Part shown: positions 23,478 through 36,077 of the stretch, in pieces
How positions within the stretch are numbered: position 1 is the stretch's first letter
Layout of the letters: the number at the start of each line of letters is the position of its first letter
DNA from: Squalus acanthias
Lineage: Eukaryota
Direction: 5' to 3'
Assembly (NCBI GenBank): GCA_030390025.1
Contig: CM059432.1
Coordinates: 104,038,001-104,102,000, forward strand
DNA length: 64,000 nt
Position numbers and translations under genes: made by a program
Notes under the pieces: model-generated
Told to the model about the DNA's origin: nothing
Database searches by the model: none
The model's input: only the letters and a program-made list of their open reading frames with translations

Positions 23478-25750
23478 GTAAAATCAAGGAAAACCCGAAG
23501 ATGTTTTATGAATACAAAAAGAGCAAGAAAAAAAAGACTTGCATTTATATGGCGCCTTTCACGACCACCGGACATCTCAAAGCACTTTACAGCCAATGAA
23601 GTACTTTTGAAGTGGAGTCACTGTTGTAATGTAGGAAACGCGGCAGCCAATTTGCGCACAAGCAAGGTCCCACAAACAGCAATGTGATAATGACCAGATA
23701 ATCTGTTTTTGTTATGTTGGTTGAGGGATAACTATTGGCCAGGACACCGGGGAGTAACTCCCCTGCTCTTCTTCGAAATAGTGCCATGGGATCTTTTATG
23801 TCCGATAGAGCAGACAGGGCCTCGGTTTAACATCTCATCCGAAAGACAGCACCTCCGTCAGTGCAGCACTCCCTCAGCACTGCACTGGAGTGTCAGCCGA
23901 GCTTTATGTGCTCAAGTCCCTGGAGTGGGACTTGAACCCACAACCTTCTGACTGAGAGGCGAGTGTGCTACCAACTGAGCCACAGCTGACACTGTGGCAA
24001 GAGGATAACTAAAGAGTAGGGCCTATTAGAGACCAAAAAGGTAAACTGTGTGTTGAGACAGAAGACGTGGGTATGGCTCTTAATGAATACCTTGCATCTG
24101 TCTTCACAAACGAGGGGGACAATGCAGACATTGTAATTAAGGAGGAAGAGTGTGAAATATTAGATGAGATAAACATAGTGAGAGAGGAAATATTAAGGGG
24201 TTTAGCATCTTTGAAAGTAGATAAATCGCTAGGCGCAGATGGAATGTATCCCTGGCTGTTAAGAGAAGCAAGGGAGGAAATAGCAGAGGCTCGGACCATC
24301 ATTTTCCAATCCTCTCTGGCTTCAGGTGTGGTGCCAGAGGACTGGAGGACTGCTAACGTTGTACCATTGTTTAAAAAGGGAGAAAGGGATAGACCGAGTA
24401 ATTACAGGACAGTCAGCCTAACCTTGGTGGTGGGCAAATTATTGGAAAAAAATTCTGAGGAACGTATTAATTGTTATTTAGGAAGGCATGGAATAATCAA
24501 GGACAGTCAGCATGGATTTGTTAAGGGAAGGTCGTGCCTGACTAACTTGAATTAATTTTTTGAGGAGGTAACAAGGAGAGTCGTTGAGGATAGCATGTTT
24601 GATGTAGTCTACATGGATTTTAGCAAGGCTTTTGACAAGGTCCCACATGGCAGACTGGTCAGAAAAGTAAAAGCTGGAGTTAGATCTAAAATTGGCTGAG
24701 TGGCAGGAAGCAAAGGGTAATGGTCAACTGGTGGTTTTTGTGGCTGGAAGGCCGTTTCCAGTGGGGTTCCGCAGGGTTCAATGCTAGGTCCCTTGCTTTT
24801 TGTGGTATATATCGATGATTTAGGCTTCAATGTAGGGGACATGATTAAGAAGTTTGCAGATGATACAAAAATTGGTAGTGTGGTTGATAGTGAGGAAGAA
24901 AGCTGTAGACTGCAGGAAGATTATCAATGGACTGGTCAGGTGGGCAGAAAAGTGGCAAATAGAATTCCATCCAGAGATGTGTGAGGTAATACATTTGGGG
25001 AGGGCTAACAAGGCAAGGGAATACACAATAAATGGTAGGATACTGAGAAGTGTTGAGGAACAGGGTGCATGTCCACAGATCCCTGAAGGTAGCAGGACAG
25101 GTAGATAAGGTGGTTAAGAAGGGATACAGGATACTTTCCTTTATTAGCCGAGGCATAGAATACAAGAGCAGGGAGGTTATGCTTGAACTGTATAAAGCAC
25201 TAGTTAGGCCACAGCTAGAGTACTGCATGCTGTTCTGGTCACATTACAGGAAAGATGCGATTGCACTAGAGAGAGTAGAGAGAAGATTTACGAGGATGTT
25301 GCCAGGACTGGAAAATGTTAGCTATGAGGAAAGATTGGACAGGCTGGGGTTATCATCTTTGGAACAGAGGGGAGACTTGATTGAGGTGTATAAAATTATA
25401 TGAGGCCTAGATAGAGTGGATAGGAAGCACCTATTTCCCTTAGCAGAGAGGTCAATAACCAGGGGGTATAGATTTAAAGTAATTGATAGAAGGATTTCAG
25501 GGGAGTTGAGAACTATTTTCACCCAGAGGGTGGTGGGGGTCTGGAACTCTCTGCCTGAAAGGGTGGTAGAGGCAGAAACCCTCATTGCATTTAAAAAGTA
25601 CATGGATATGCACTTGAAATGCCGTAACCTACAGGACTACGGACCAAGAGCAGGAAAGTGGGATTAGGCTGGATAGCTCTTTTTTGGCCGGCACAGACAC
25701 AATGGGCCGAATGGCCTCCTTCTGTGCCGTAAATTTCTATGATTCTATGA
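23478..25750 (+). mobile_element. CR1 LINE, 5'-truncated, interrupted by a Deu-SINE; lies within older degenerate LINE sequence (about 22810-23440)
   Basis: LNEYLASVFT, VPEDWRTANVVPLFKKG, SQHGFVKGRSCLTNL, FADDTK; tail tttctatgattctatga. Confidence 0.9.
23529..23996 (-). mobile_element. Deu-domain SINE (SacSINE1-like), full length
   Basis: tRNA-like head (tggctcagttgg...ggttcaagtcc), Deu core, and tail atataaatgcaagtcttt. gcaaga duplicated at 23523-23528 and 23997-24002. Confidence 0.85.
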
Positions 25751-26896
25751 AAGAGAGTTCAGCGTGAATTACATTATCATTGTAACAGAGAGTTATGACA
25801 CTGGTTTTAAACTACAATACCTCAGATATTTTAACTGTTTAAAACTAGTTCATCACATGAATATGACTACAGTAGTAAAGGAGAACCCAAGAAATTTAGC
25901 AACAGGAAAGTGGAATTAGGCCCAATAAGTATCCCTTTTTGATAGATCTCAACCCCATCATCTCAAGTCCGAGGTTCAGTCTGATGAGTTGCTTGATCTC
26001 AGCTAGGGTGGCAGCAAGACCATAACTAGCCTTGGGACCTCGGAGTTTGGGAAGAAGAAAAAAAATCAGCCAACTTCCTGATCACAATATAGTGCATTAT
26101 CCTCCTACGGTCATCACATAAGGTCTACGGCTAAGGTCTGGACAATCCTTATTGGTTGGGGAAGGGCAAATCTGCAGGGGTCCGATAGTGGAACAGGATT
26201 AACTGAATTAGGCAATTAAAGGCAGGTGTTGAGAGCTATAAAGATGGCTGCTGCTATGTGACCTAAAGTTTTGAAATAAACTAGGTTTTGGGGTGTGCCT
26301 GCAAAAGTGGGGAAAACAACTATTAAAATTTTATGGCCTCCTCTTTAGCCTGTGCGCGCCTGGCATAGGCCTTTGTGGAACAACAAATTTCTGGGCCTCC
26401 TCCGCTGATATTGGAATGCTGGATGTCTGGGTCTAATGAGCATCTCTTGCATCCAGCATTCAAATGACACAAATAGAGGGAAATAGGCCAGTACTTCCCT
26501 CTATTGGCATGTCATTTCAATAGGCCCACCATCTTGTTGGGGTACGGTCACAAATGCCAAACATCCTCTGATATCTCACTCAAACCTAACCATTCTTCAC
26601 ATGACCTAGAAAGTTAGTGTCTGCAGCTATTCAATAACAGGGGGTATCACCACGTAGCTCAGTCCTGACCTCACTCCGTTTACACACGTGCTTAATTCCA
26701 GCAGGAGTTGCACCACCTTCACCATAATGCGAGAAATCCTCACACATTAACTAAGCTTTGCTGTTTAACTGCCTTTGGCAGATTGGTCATGACAGTTGGT
26801 GTTATGGCTGCTAAGCAGGGGCCTTCCGTCCTAACCGTATACTACTTTGACATGTTCCAATGGTATATACAGGATGAAGGTTGCTAGATCAGAAAT

Positions 26897-27142
26897 AAAG
26901 AACTTGCATTTATATAGCACCTTTCACATCCTCAGGATGTCCCAAAGTGCTTTACAGCCAATGAATTACTTTTAAAAAAAAGTGTTATGTATGCAAACAC
27001 TGCAGTCAATTTGCACACAGCATGGTCCTACAAACATCAATGAGATAGGCAAGTTAATCTGTTTTGGTGGTGTTGGCCAGGACACCAAAAGATCTCCCCT
27101 GCTCTTCTCCAAACAGTGCCAAGGGATCTTTTACGTCCACCC
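26897..27142 (-). mobile_element. SacSINE1-like SINE, 3' half
   Basis: Similar to 23529-23800. Confidence 0.8.
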
Positions 27143-27338
27143 AGTAGGGATTTTTTTTTGTTGATTCTTTGAATAATATGCATCCTCCACACCACAATCT
27201 CATCCATCAATTCCCACAAGATTATATTTTTTTGGGAGTTCATGATTAGTTAGATTCCATTTAGTTTCAGGTCAAAACAAACCGGCACATTGGCACAGGT
27301 TCTACAGCTTAATATGACACAGGAGTAGGCGACTGCAT

Positions 27339-27788
27339 GGGCAACACGGTGGCATAGTGGTTAGCACTGGTGCCTCACAGCGCCAGAGACCCGGGTTCGA
27401 ATCTGGCCTCGGGTGACTGTCTGTGTGGAGTTTGCACATTCTCCCCGTGTCTGCGTGGGTTTCCTCCGGGTGCTCCGGTTTCCTCCCACAATCCAAAAAT
27501 GTGCGGGTTAGGTTGATTTGGCTATGATAAATTGACCCTTAGTGTTAGGGGGGGATTAAATATGTGGGGTTACAGGGATAGGATGGGATATGTTAGGGGG
27601 AATTAAAAATACGTGGGGTTACGGGGATAGGGTGGGATATGTGTCGGTGCAGGCTCGATGGGGATTCTGTGTGAGAAAGCAGGGACAGGGTACTGGATTT
27701 GGATGATCAGCCATGATCGTATTGAATGGTGGAGCAGGCTCGATGGGCCGAATGGCCTACTCCTGCTCCTAGTTTCTATGTTTCTATG
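27339..27788 (+). mobile_element. HE1/V-SINE with CR1-derived tail
   Basis: tRNA head (tggcatagtgg, ggttcgaatc), V-domain tgtgtggagtttgcacattctccccgtgtctgcgtgggtttcctccgggtgctccggtttcctcccaca, and a tttctatg tail. Confidence 0.9.
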
Positions 27789-27835
27789 TAACATCACCTA
27801 TCTGCAATGTCATGATGCTGTTTTCATTTGTAGTA

Positions 27836-28190
27836 CAGGAAACTCTTTATTAACCGGGACCGGCGTGGTGCCGGTTTATCAAAAAGTCCGGATAACGGAG
27901 AATTATATCTACCAACGTACGAGAACCCCGTACACATTGACATGCGCCTGCATTCGGAGCTCCATCTCCCCGGGGACCGCCAGCTGACCATCTGTCGTGT
28001 CCGCTGCCTACCCGGGCTGCACATTCCCCTCCCAATCTACACGCTCCGATACAAGGCAAACACCTCGGGGTTTTTTTTAAAGTTAATCTTAAACGAGAGA
28101 TGAAGGAAAACCCCGGTTACCTACTCAAGAATTTTGCCGGTTAAGAGAGATTTCCGGATATTTGGGTGCCGGTTAATAAAGAGTTTCCTG
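27836..28190. mobile_element. pogo/Tigger-type (Tc1/mariner superfamily) MITE
   Basis: Perfect 22-bp TIR CAGGAAACTCTTTATTAACCGG, TA on both sides, and subterminal ccgg repeats. Confidence 0.88.
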
Positions 28191-28993
28191 TACTCAGCAT
28201 ATGGTTCCTCCAAATTTTAAATCAAGCCAGGCTATACTTCAACAGTGTGTCGAGGATGTGAAATGAAGGATAATTGGGCTTCATATTAAATCTGTTGGTT
28301 ATTTTTCCACTTGCTACATACATATACCATTAGGCACTAGTAAAACAAAGCTAGAAACTGAGGTGTGATAGTATAAAACATACTTCCAATTCAGGGCCAT
28401 TATGCTGCAGATCTGGCTATTTTCTGTCATGTAGCTGGGTAATAAATGTTTTAATCGGGATGTACCTATTACAAAGATTCATATTCATCTACACTACTTT
28501 AGAGGCAGTAATCCTTCTCTATAGGGAATATAAAAAATGATTTACAAAAAAAACTATCATGCATGGGCCTAGTTATAGAACAATATTGGCAGCAAGCTGT
28601 CTGGCCACCCTTTTAGCCAGGTAACTGCAAGGTTTGGTGAGGAGTATAAAACAGAACTAAACTAAGGGTGGGGGGGGGGGGGCGGCGGGTGTTGGGGAGA
28701 GAGCAAGATATTTTTTAAAAACTCATTCCAAATAAATTTCCCTTCGTTTCTGGCTGAAGCTGATCCATGCTTAAAAGGAAAAAAAGCTGATGCATTACTT
28801 AACAAAAGGGGGGAGAATAATAGTCAAACTGGTACACATTTCCTTTTAAGACCGCTGAACCATTGTAAGATGATGTTAATATTTAATTTACTGGAATTAT
28901 ATTCTCAACCACTGGCAAGCTCTTATAGTCAGGTAAAATGTTCAAGCTGGAAGAAAAACACACCAAGACTAACAAATGGTCACCAAATTCATA

Positions 28994-28999
28994 TTTATT
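28994..28999 (-). terminator. EIF3H: EIF3H polyadenylation signal AATAAA
   Basis: tttatt on the + strand about 165 nt past the stop codon. On the - strand it is followed by a CA and a GU/U-rich tract (tttgttagtcttggtgtgtttttc). Confidence 0.75.
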
Positions 29000-29161
29000 T
29001 TCATTGAATTCATATAAACTGGGCTAACTTGAACCTCCAATATCTGTTTCAGACATATGAAAACTAATTTTATAGAAAAATCAGCTTCAGGCTTGCTTTT
29101 CAGAATGACATTTTGTTGGATTTGAACACCTTATTGAGCTACAGCACATCCAATTGAGATC

Positions 29162-29259
29162 TTAGCTGTTGTGACCTTGAAGAGCTTCAGCCATGAATAA
29201 TTTGCCCATGCTCTGTGACGTGAACTCCTTGATCTGCTGGCAGTAGGTGTTGATTTGTC
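29162..29259 (-). CDS. EIF3H: EIF3H terminal coding exon (human exon 8) including TAA stop
   Basis: Translates (G)QINTYCQQIKEFTSQSMGKLFMAEALQGHNS*. Pyrimidine tract plus aacag| acceptor; 98 coding bp. Confidence 0.97.
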
Positions 29260-30589
29260 CTGTTAAGCAGAGGGAGAAAAAAATTACTCTGGGAACTTGA
29301 CGGCCAAAAATGCAGCCTGAAAATGTAAACCCAGAATTCAAAAGGACAATAGTTCACAATTATATACTGGACAGAATAATGTAATTTTCTTGTCAATATT
29401 TAATATGCACATCTCTCGTATTTTTTCTGTGTTTTAATGCTTGCATGCAAGCTAACCAATCACCACAGGTTACAATACAACCCCTACTGTATAATCACAG
29501 TGCCAACCACATCTGTCTGCGAAGTGACCAGTGTCAATGTAATTATTACACAACACTTAAAAGAAGCCTTTCTGAAAACCTCTTATTTTCTCCACAATTC
29601 CATGCTAATGTAATCACGAGAACGTATGGTTGCAAAAGTCTAAGGATCTGTATCAAATGGGCAATGTTCTGCTGCTTACCAATCATGTGATATGTGCTTG
29701 GCACAGTACACCTAAAAGGTTGATACTCATTTAAACAGAAATTCAGGAGTACAATTTAAGGAAATGGGATTTGGACTTTAATCGCAATGCCAGGTTTAAT
29801 GACCTTTGCTGCTCTAACTTTACTACTTATTGCTGAATGGCAGCAAAGACTCTGCCAAAAGATTGGTAAATAAAGCCCCCAACTGTTCCGAAGGGATTCT
29901 GCAGTATTTCAGCTCTTCCTGAGTCAGCAGCCCAGTGCCCAATTTGAATCAATACTGTGTATACTCGCCCAATTTAGACTAAAACAACAGAACTACCACA
30001 AAGTCTGACTGAACATGTTCCAAAATCTGATACAGTAATCCTTTCCCTCTCCTTTCTAGAATGCTTCTGTAGGATAGGGATATTAACAAGAATTTCCATC
30101 TGGAAGTCTGCAAGTAACCAATGATAGAGGCACCTCCCAAGGATCCAATTTAGGTCCCACTTCCACCAAAAAGTGGAAAATAGGCCAGGCCACTTTCCTT
30201 TTTGAAGCACTTTTGGCAGTATCTGGACGAACCCAAGGGAGAATGCCAAGAGGTCTGGGGTGGCTGTTTTGACCATTTTTTACGTGGACTTGTCTTACTT
30301 TTCCAGGAAGCAATTAAAAGTTGTGTTTTGTGAAAAGCTCTTCCCAAACTTTTTAAAGCCAGAATTTTCCATAAACTTTAGATTTAAAACAAATACAAAA
30401 TGGATTACAACAATAAGAGGAAAAGAATAAGAAGGCACAGCTAAACAATATGTAAGATTTCAAAGGATGTCGTCTTCTCCTACAACTTGGTTATGGACGG
30501 CAGAAAGATTATTTAAATTGAAAGTGTTTTCCTTTATACTAAGCTACTTTCCCCGTTACCTAACCCAATCTTCTCATGCCCCTACGTTT

Positions 30590-31520
30590 TTGTTTATATA
30601 CACTAATGCATGGGGAGGGGCGGTAATACTAAGGGGATGCTTGTACCACAAATGAAGAGTGCTTACAAGTGCATGTGGTGGAGGTGGGAGAGACGAACAA
30701 AAAGTAGGGAGGAAAGTAAGAGAGGGAGAAAAAGCTAGTTGTTTTATATTAATGCCAGATATACATAAGTTTGCAGAATTGGAAATATATGTGTTAAAGG
30801 AAAAGTGCAAAATAATAGGAATAAGAGATCTGGGTTAAACGAGAACATTGACTGGAAAATGTTGGAGTCAACAGAAGGGATAAGCACATCATAGCAGGTG
30901 GAGGAGTGTCAACATGTTAAAAGATATTGCATCCATATAAAGAAATTATACAAAACCCTTGTCTGATGCAGCTGAGACATTATGGACTGAGATCAAAGAA
31001 AGGTAAGAATTGGACAAGAGAAGACCAACAAGGAAATGGTTTGCAGAAAGTAAAGGCCTGAACAGTAATCATTGGGGGGGAGGGGAAGAGAGGGAAGAGA
31101 GCACTGCATTTTTCTAGAGATGCTACATGGTTCCTTCATTAACTCGTTTGTCCAACTAACAAGGTCAGTGCCAATTCTGGATCTAATCTTTAGTAGTGAT
31201 CCAGGCATTATACATAAGATAGTGGAGCATCTAGGATCCAGATATCATATTAGAACTGCAATGTTGGATGAGGGAATGCAAATAAGGTGATGACGCAAAA
31301 CTATTGATCATTAGAACAGCAGACTTTGAAGTAATGCAAAATCTGGTTTTTTTTAAACAAAAAGGTTGACTGGAACACAATAATGATTTGGCGAAGTACA
31401 AGAGAGTGGGAAGTACTTAAGGAAACATTGATGAGGCTACAATCAAAATTAATTCCTGCTGGACTTTCAGTAATGCTGTGATCCAGAGAACTGCTTAAGG
31501 CAAGAGCTGTGGACCCTGGC
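30590..31520 (+). mobile_element. Highly degenerate CR1 endonuclease region (EIF3H last intron)
   Basis: YTNA-like motif, ILDLIFSSDP and VEHLGS, A/G-rich. Confidence 0.55.
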
Positions 31521-31939
31521 AAAAAATTGCACCTTAAATCACCTCAGAGTTGAGAAAACTGGAAAAAAAAAAGTCTCTCAGTTTCCTCCACGCTGCAGCT
31601 GAAGAATGTCACTAGAAAACAGGTATGCTCCCAAATCTCAAGCAACAACCCATAGCATTCTATTTCCCTCCCTTCACCAACCACAAACACAGCACAGCCC
31701 AAGGGAGCCTAGAGTAACCTTGGTGAAAATAGAATTGCCCAAATTTCATCATAATCAACAAAGTGCATCAATAAAGATAAACCTTGTTTTGGTACCTCAG
31801 AAAACATACGCTGAAAACTGCTATCAACCATGCCAACCTGTGATTTGTACCATTTGTATTTCTGATAAACATCTATTATGATGCTTTTTAATAAAGACAC
31901 CGCTCCTTCATTCTATATAGGTTAGATACTAGCCTTTTA

Positions 31940-32185
31940 TTTCTGGAAACTGGGTCTAAGACCAGCCATGACTGACCAAATGCAAGTCTCTTTTGCCTAC
32001 TGGCGGTAAGGATTGTGTATGAAATGGTTCTGGGCAGTCTCAATCCAGCTCTTACCAGCTATAAGTCGACAGCACAAAATTGATCGTAATTCTCTACCAA
32101 CTGGCATTAACTTATCAATCTCATTCACAAAAACCATAGGATGGCTCGTGGGAGAAATGTAAAAATGTCACACTGGTACAGCAGA
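31940..32185 (+). mobile_element. LF-SINE-like ancient SINE remnant
   Basis: tatgaaatggttctgggcagtctcaatccagctc...ctggcattaa. Related remnants at 41400-41476 plus 41970-42115 and at about 57500-57670. Confidence 0.4.
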
Positions 32186-32194
32186 GTGCTCTTC

Positions 32195-32296
32195 TGAAAC
32201 AAAAAATAGAAAATGCTGGAAACACTCATCAAGTCAGTCAGCATCCCTAGAGAGAACAAATGGTTAACATTTTATGTGTAAACATTTTGTCAGAAC
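32195..32296 (-). mobile_element. Penelope 3'-end remnant with decayed hammerhead
   Basis: Reverse complement resembles 14548-14650 (gaaaatgctggaaacactca...cagcatc...gttaac). A similar remnant lies at about 35555-35640. Confidence 0.55.
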
Positions 32297-32415
32297 CTCT
32301 TCTGAGCTTGGGGAGAATACAAAAGCTTTACTGTGCACTGAACTGTACTACACTTGACATGGAAGTGTTTAATATTCACTTCTCTCCTTTTTTTCCCCCC
32401 CTCTAAATCTCTAAC

Positions 32416-32548
32416 CTGCAACAAGCAGCGTTTCAAGCCTTGGTGGTGGCTGAGGTGGTTTGAATAACTTGGTAGGATCTTCCTCTGGCAATGGTGCCTC
32501 TCCACGGCTCTGTCGTTGGGTATTTTCCAGCTGGCGTCTGTGGAGATA
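32416..32548 (-). CDS. EIF3H: EIF3H coding exon (human exon 7)
   Basis: Translates [44 protein letters not shown](G). Acceptor ctctgcag| and donor |gttag; 133 bp. Confidence 0.97.
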
Positions 32549-32914
32549 CTGCAGAGAAATTGTCAGTAGAAAGTATGCTGCCAATTCAAGGTTTTCAGAT
32601 AACTTAATTGCTTTAGATAACACTTTTTATCTTTCATGTGGGGGACAGGAGGGTGGAAGGTAGAGGGGAAGGAGGAAGGACATTCTTAATCACTTTTTCC
32701 CCCCCAAAAAGAAATATAAAATGTCTGATTGGTACTTCCATCTGCCACTGACAAATATTTGTATGTTAGTTGTGTAAATTATTCTTAAGTTATACTGACC
32801 CTTTATTAACTATGTACATCCCTGTTATAAGCTAGTATATTTTCTCAGGTGGAATGGTGCTGGTCACCTCCATAAGTAGTCTGAGCATCTTACACTTAGG
32901 GGTGCCCGTACTGC

Positions 32915-33310
32915 CACTAGAGTTTAGAAGAATGAGAGGGGATCTCATTGAAACGTATAAAATTCTGACAGGGCTAGACAGACTGGATGCAAGGAGGATG
33001 TTTCCCCTGGCTGGGGCCTCTAGAACGAGGGCTCACAGTCTCAGGATACGGGGTAGAACATTTAGGACTGAGATGAGGAGAAATTTCTTCACTCAGAGGG
33101 TGGTGAACCTGTGGAATTCTCTACCACAGAAGGCTGTGGAGGCCAAGTCACTGAATATATTTAAGAAGGAGATAGATAGATTTCTAGACACAAAAGGCAT
33201 CAAGGGGTATGGGGAGAGAGTGGGAATATGGTATTGAGATAGAGGATCAGCCATAATCATATTGAATGGCGGAACAGGCTCGAAGGGCCTACTCCTGCTC
33301 CTATTTTTCT
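32915..33310 (+). mobile_element. CR1 3' fragment (EIF3H intron 6)
   Basis: LEFRRMRGDLIETYKIL...FFTQRVVNLWNSLP. Confidence 0.9.
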
Positions 33311-34687
33311 AAGCCCCATATCTAACTACATGATAATGTAACCCAGAAACTGTAACAATAGGCCCTCCCCTTTGTGAGCTAAACTTTGAGACCAAGAAAA
33401 CACTGGATAAGACAAGGCCAGATACAAATGGTTAAGCCATTTAATTTTTCAGACAGCGAGTGAATCTACAGAACAGTTATGATGGAACTCACTTAATTCA
33501 AATCAGTACGACGTGTATTTGTGTAATAATACAAAATAAGTGCTACACTTCTCCATGTCAGTGAGTCACCTTGCTTGACTTAAAATAAATTTTAACTACC
33601 CTTCTGCAACCTAACCTTCTGAGCCTGGCAAAAGCATTCTGTTTAAAAACCCTACTATCAGTGCGTGGTTCTGTCCCTATCTTATCTCCCTGTGTTCATA
33701 ACCAGAGGGGAAGGCCTATGCCAGACAACCTCCGTCCGCTGAGCACATGGTATGGGGGACTTCCCATCGCAATGTGTGTGTTTACTGGGACAAGCTAACA
33801 AGTTACTTATTGCCTTTGGTCTTTGGGGAAACCACTTCAATGCCTAGCGCATTCACATTGCAATCACCTTCCAACTAAAGGCATTTTTTTTTTTTTAAAC
33901 TTGTGGGAATGCACTTTGCTTTAAAAGCACAACATTTAAGTGTAGCTCTTTTCCAAATTCTTTCTATGGAAAAATGGTCAAAAGTACCAAAACATGACAA
34001 TCCTGCTTCTGGAAACAAATAAACCACTGCTGATGTCAAAATGTTTAGATCCAAATGACCTCCCCCACTCCATGCAATATGTAATAAGCATTTTACAATA
34101 ATAAACCTACAAATTTTGCAGATTAAATTTAGGAGAGTAACAATTACTATGGACATAAAGCTTTTATTTCTAAACTACAACGCACTATTTTTTTTACACC
34201 TACAATACACAATTTGTTTTACGCCCAAAGGTTGATGGTGCACATGAAATATGCTCATCTCAAGTTAATACATGGGAACAAAATTCATAGATGTGTATCT
34301 AAAGATGCAATTATATTCATAGCATCAACACTGACAACTTTCAAATGGCTGCCAAATACCTAAGCTTTGATTCAGCACAAAGGAAAACTGACCTTTCCCA
34401 GAAGGAGGAGAGGAGGCCAACAGAGCACTCAGTGTCAAAAAGAAACAGAAAAAATGAGAAAAGAAAAATACTGGGCTAACAAAAAGGATGTTTTTCTTTA
34501 AAAGAGTTTTTAAGCATGAAATCCGAAGGGTGTGATTCATTTCCCCCAGTTAAGAATAACCACCATGACATAATCATTATGCAGTTGTAAAGTCTGCTTA
34601 CCACAGTTTGCAGTGATACTATGCTGATGGTATTTCTTTATTCTAAACTTTGCCAATACAGGAAGTTGTAGCTTTGATTCTACTTAC

Positions 34688-34808
34688 TTGCTGCTTCTGT
34701 TGTTGCTGTTTAGTTACATTCCTCATGTAAGTATTATATTTAATGATATCTTGGCTCATTTCATCCACTCTGTCCATTAACAGCTGGAGGTTCTTCTCTA
34801 GGTGATTT
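34688..34808 (-). CDS. EIF3H: EIF3H coding exon (human exon 6)
   Basis: Translates [40 protein letters not shown]. Acceptor cag| and donor |gtaagt; 121 bp; first base completes the GG+A codon. Not in the ORF track. Confidence 0.97.
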
Positions 34809-34968
34809 CTGTCAGACACAATTATGAAATGAAAAATTATAGGTTGTATACAGTATACAAAAATAAATTAACCTCTATTCTTCATTCGCTCAAATAAAAT
34901 TCATTTGTACTCAATTTTAGAATAATCACAGAAAGGAGTGAAACCCCCTTGTCTCAGCAGACCAAACT

Positions 34969-35183
34969 GTAGACGCTCCAGTAGGGAAAAGATACAACCA
35001 GTGTTGCTTTCTAGTTCACCTGCTGGTGTAGGCCACACAATTAGTCAGGAATGGCCAGCATGCGACAACCAACTCAACTACTGACAAGAACATATCTGGA
35101 ACCCTGACTCATTGCGTTGCTTACAACATCACTTGAGCCAGAAAGCAACACTGGTGGTATCTTACCCATACTGGATCATCTAC
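34969..35183. repeat. Imperfect inverted repeat of about 50 bp (MITE-like)
   Basis: 34970-35018 matches the reverse complement of 35134-35182 at about 41 of 49 positions. Confidence 0.8.
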
Positions 35184-36077
35184 TAAGTCAATACTGACTT
35201 GCTACAGGCCAGAAATCCTGCCAACGGATGGGAGGATTGAAAGATGCATACCCTGATCCTCCAACCATTTTCAGTAACCCAGCTAGTGAAGCCAGATAAT
35301 TCAAGCTGCTTTTGCTAGGCAAAGAATAGGAACCCAAGTATACAATCCAAACTGTACAGCCAAAAAGTAATTTTACTTTGAAAACAGTAATGCTTTTATG
35401 ACTTTTTCCAAAGGGCCAACCCTTTAAAGTGTGCAAGATAGTTGATGGGATCAAGTTATACAACAAGAAAAGTATTTTTATTGAAATGCACTACTGCTAA
35501 GGTATAAAGTAAAATTAATTTATGACCCATGCACCTAACCCAACAGAGTTGTGTGAGAAAAACCACAGTGCTGGAATTACACAGCAGGCCAGTCAGCATT
35601 TGTAAAGAGAAAATACATATTATGACATTTTGGGTTCGTACCTATTGTGGTTGGGTAATCCAATTCAGCCAAGTGGGTACAGTGTGCCACAGGAGTGTAG
35701 TCAAAAGATCATAATCTTCATAACCAAATCAAGTCTTAACTAGATTTATGCAAGAATTTACAATAGTTATGGATGAGGAAAGCCATTCCCTCCATCTAAA
35801 TTCATCCATCCAGAAAGATCAAGCCCCCCATTGCTGTATCCCAATTTTTTCTTAAATGTTGCCCAGGTTTTTGCCTCAACTACTTTATCTGGAAGACTAT
35901 TTCATACTTTGATCACACTCTGTATGAAGAATAATTTTCTGATAGCACTCCTAAAATTACTAGTTTAAATCTGTGTACCCTTGTCCTGCTCTAGAAAATT
36001 AAAATGTTACAGATTTACCTTTTCCATTCCCTTAACTACCTTATATAGCTCTATATGGTCACCTCTCGGGTACCAAG

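Noticed and set aside
27339..27410. tRNA gene (A and B boxes)
   Set aside because: It is the tRNA-derived head of an HE1 SINE. The same applies to the other SINE heads.
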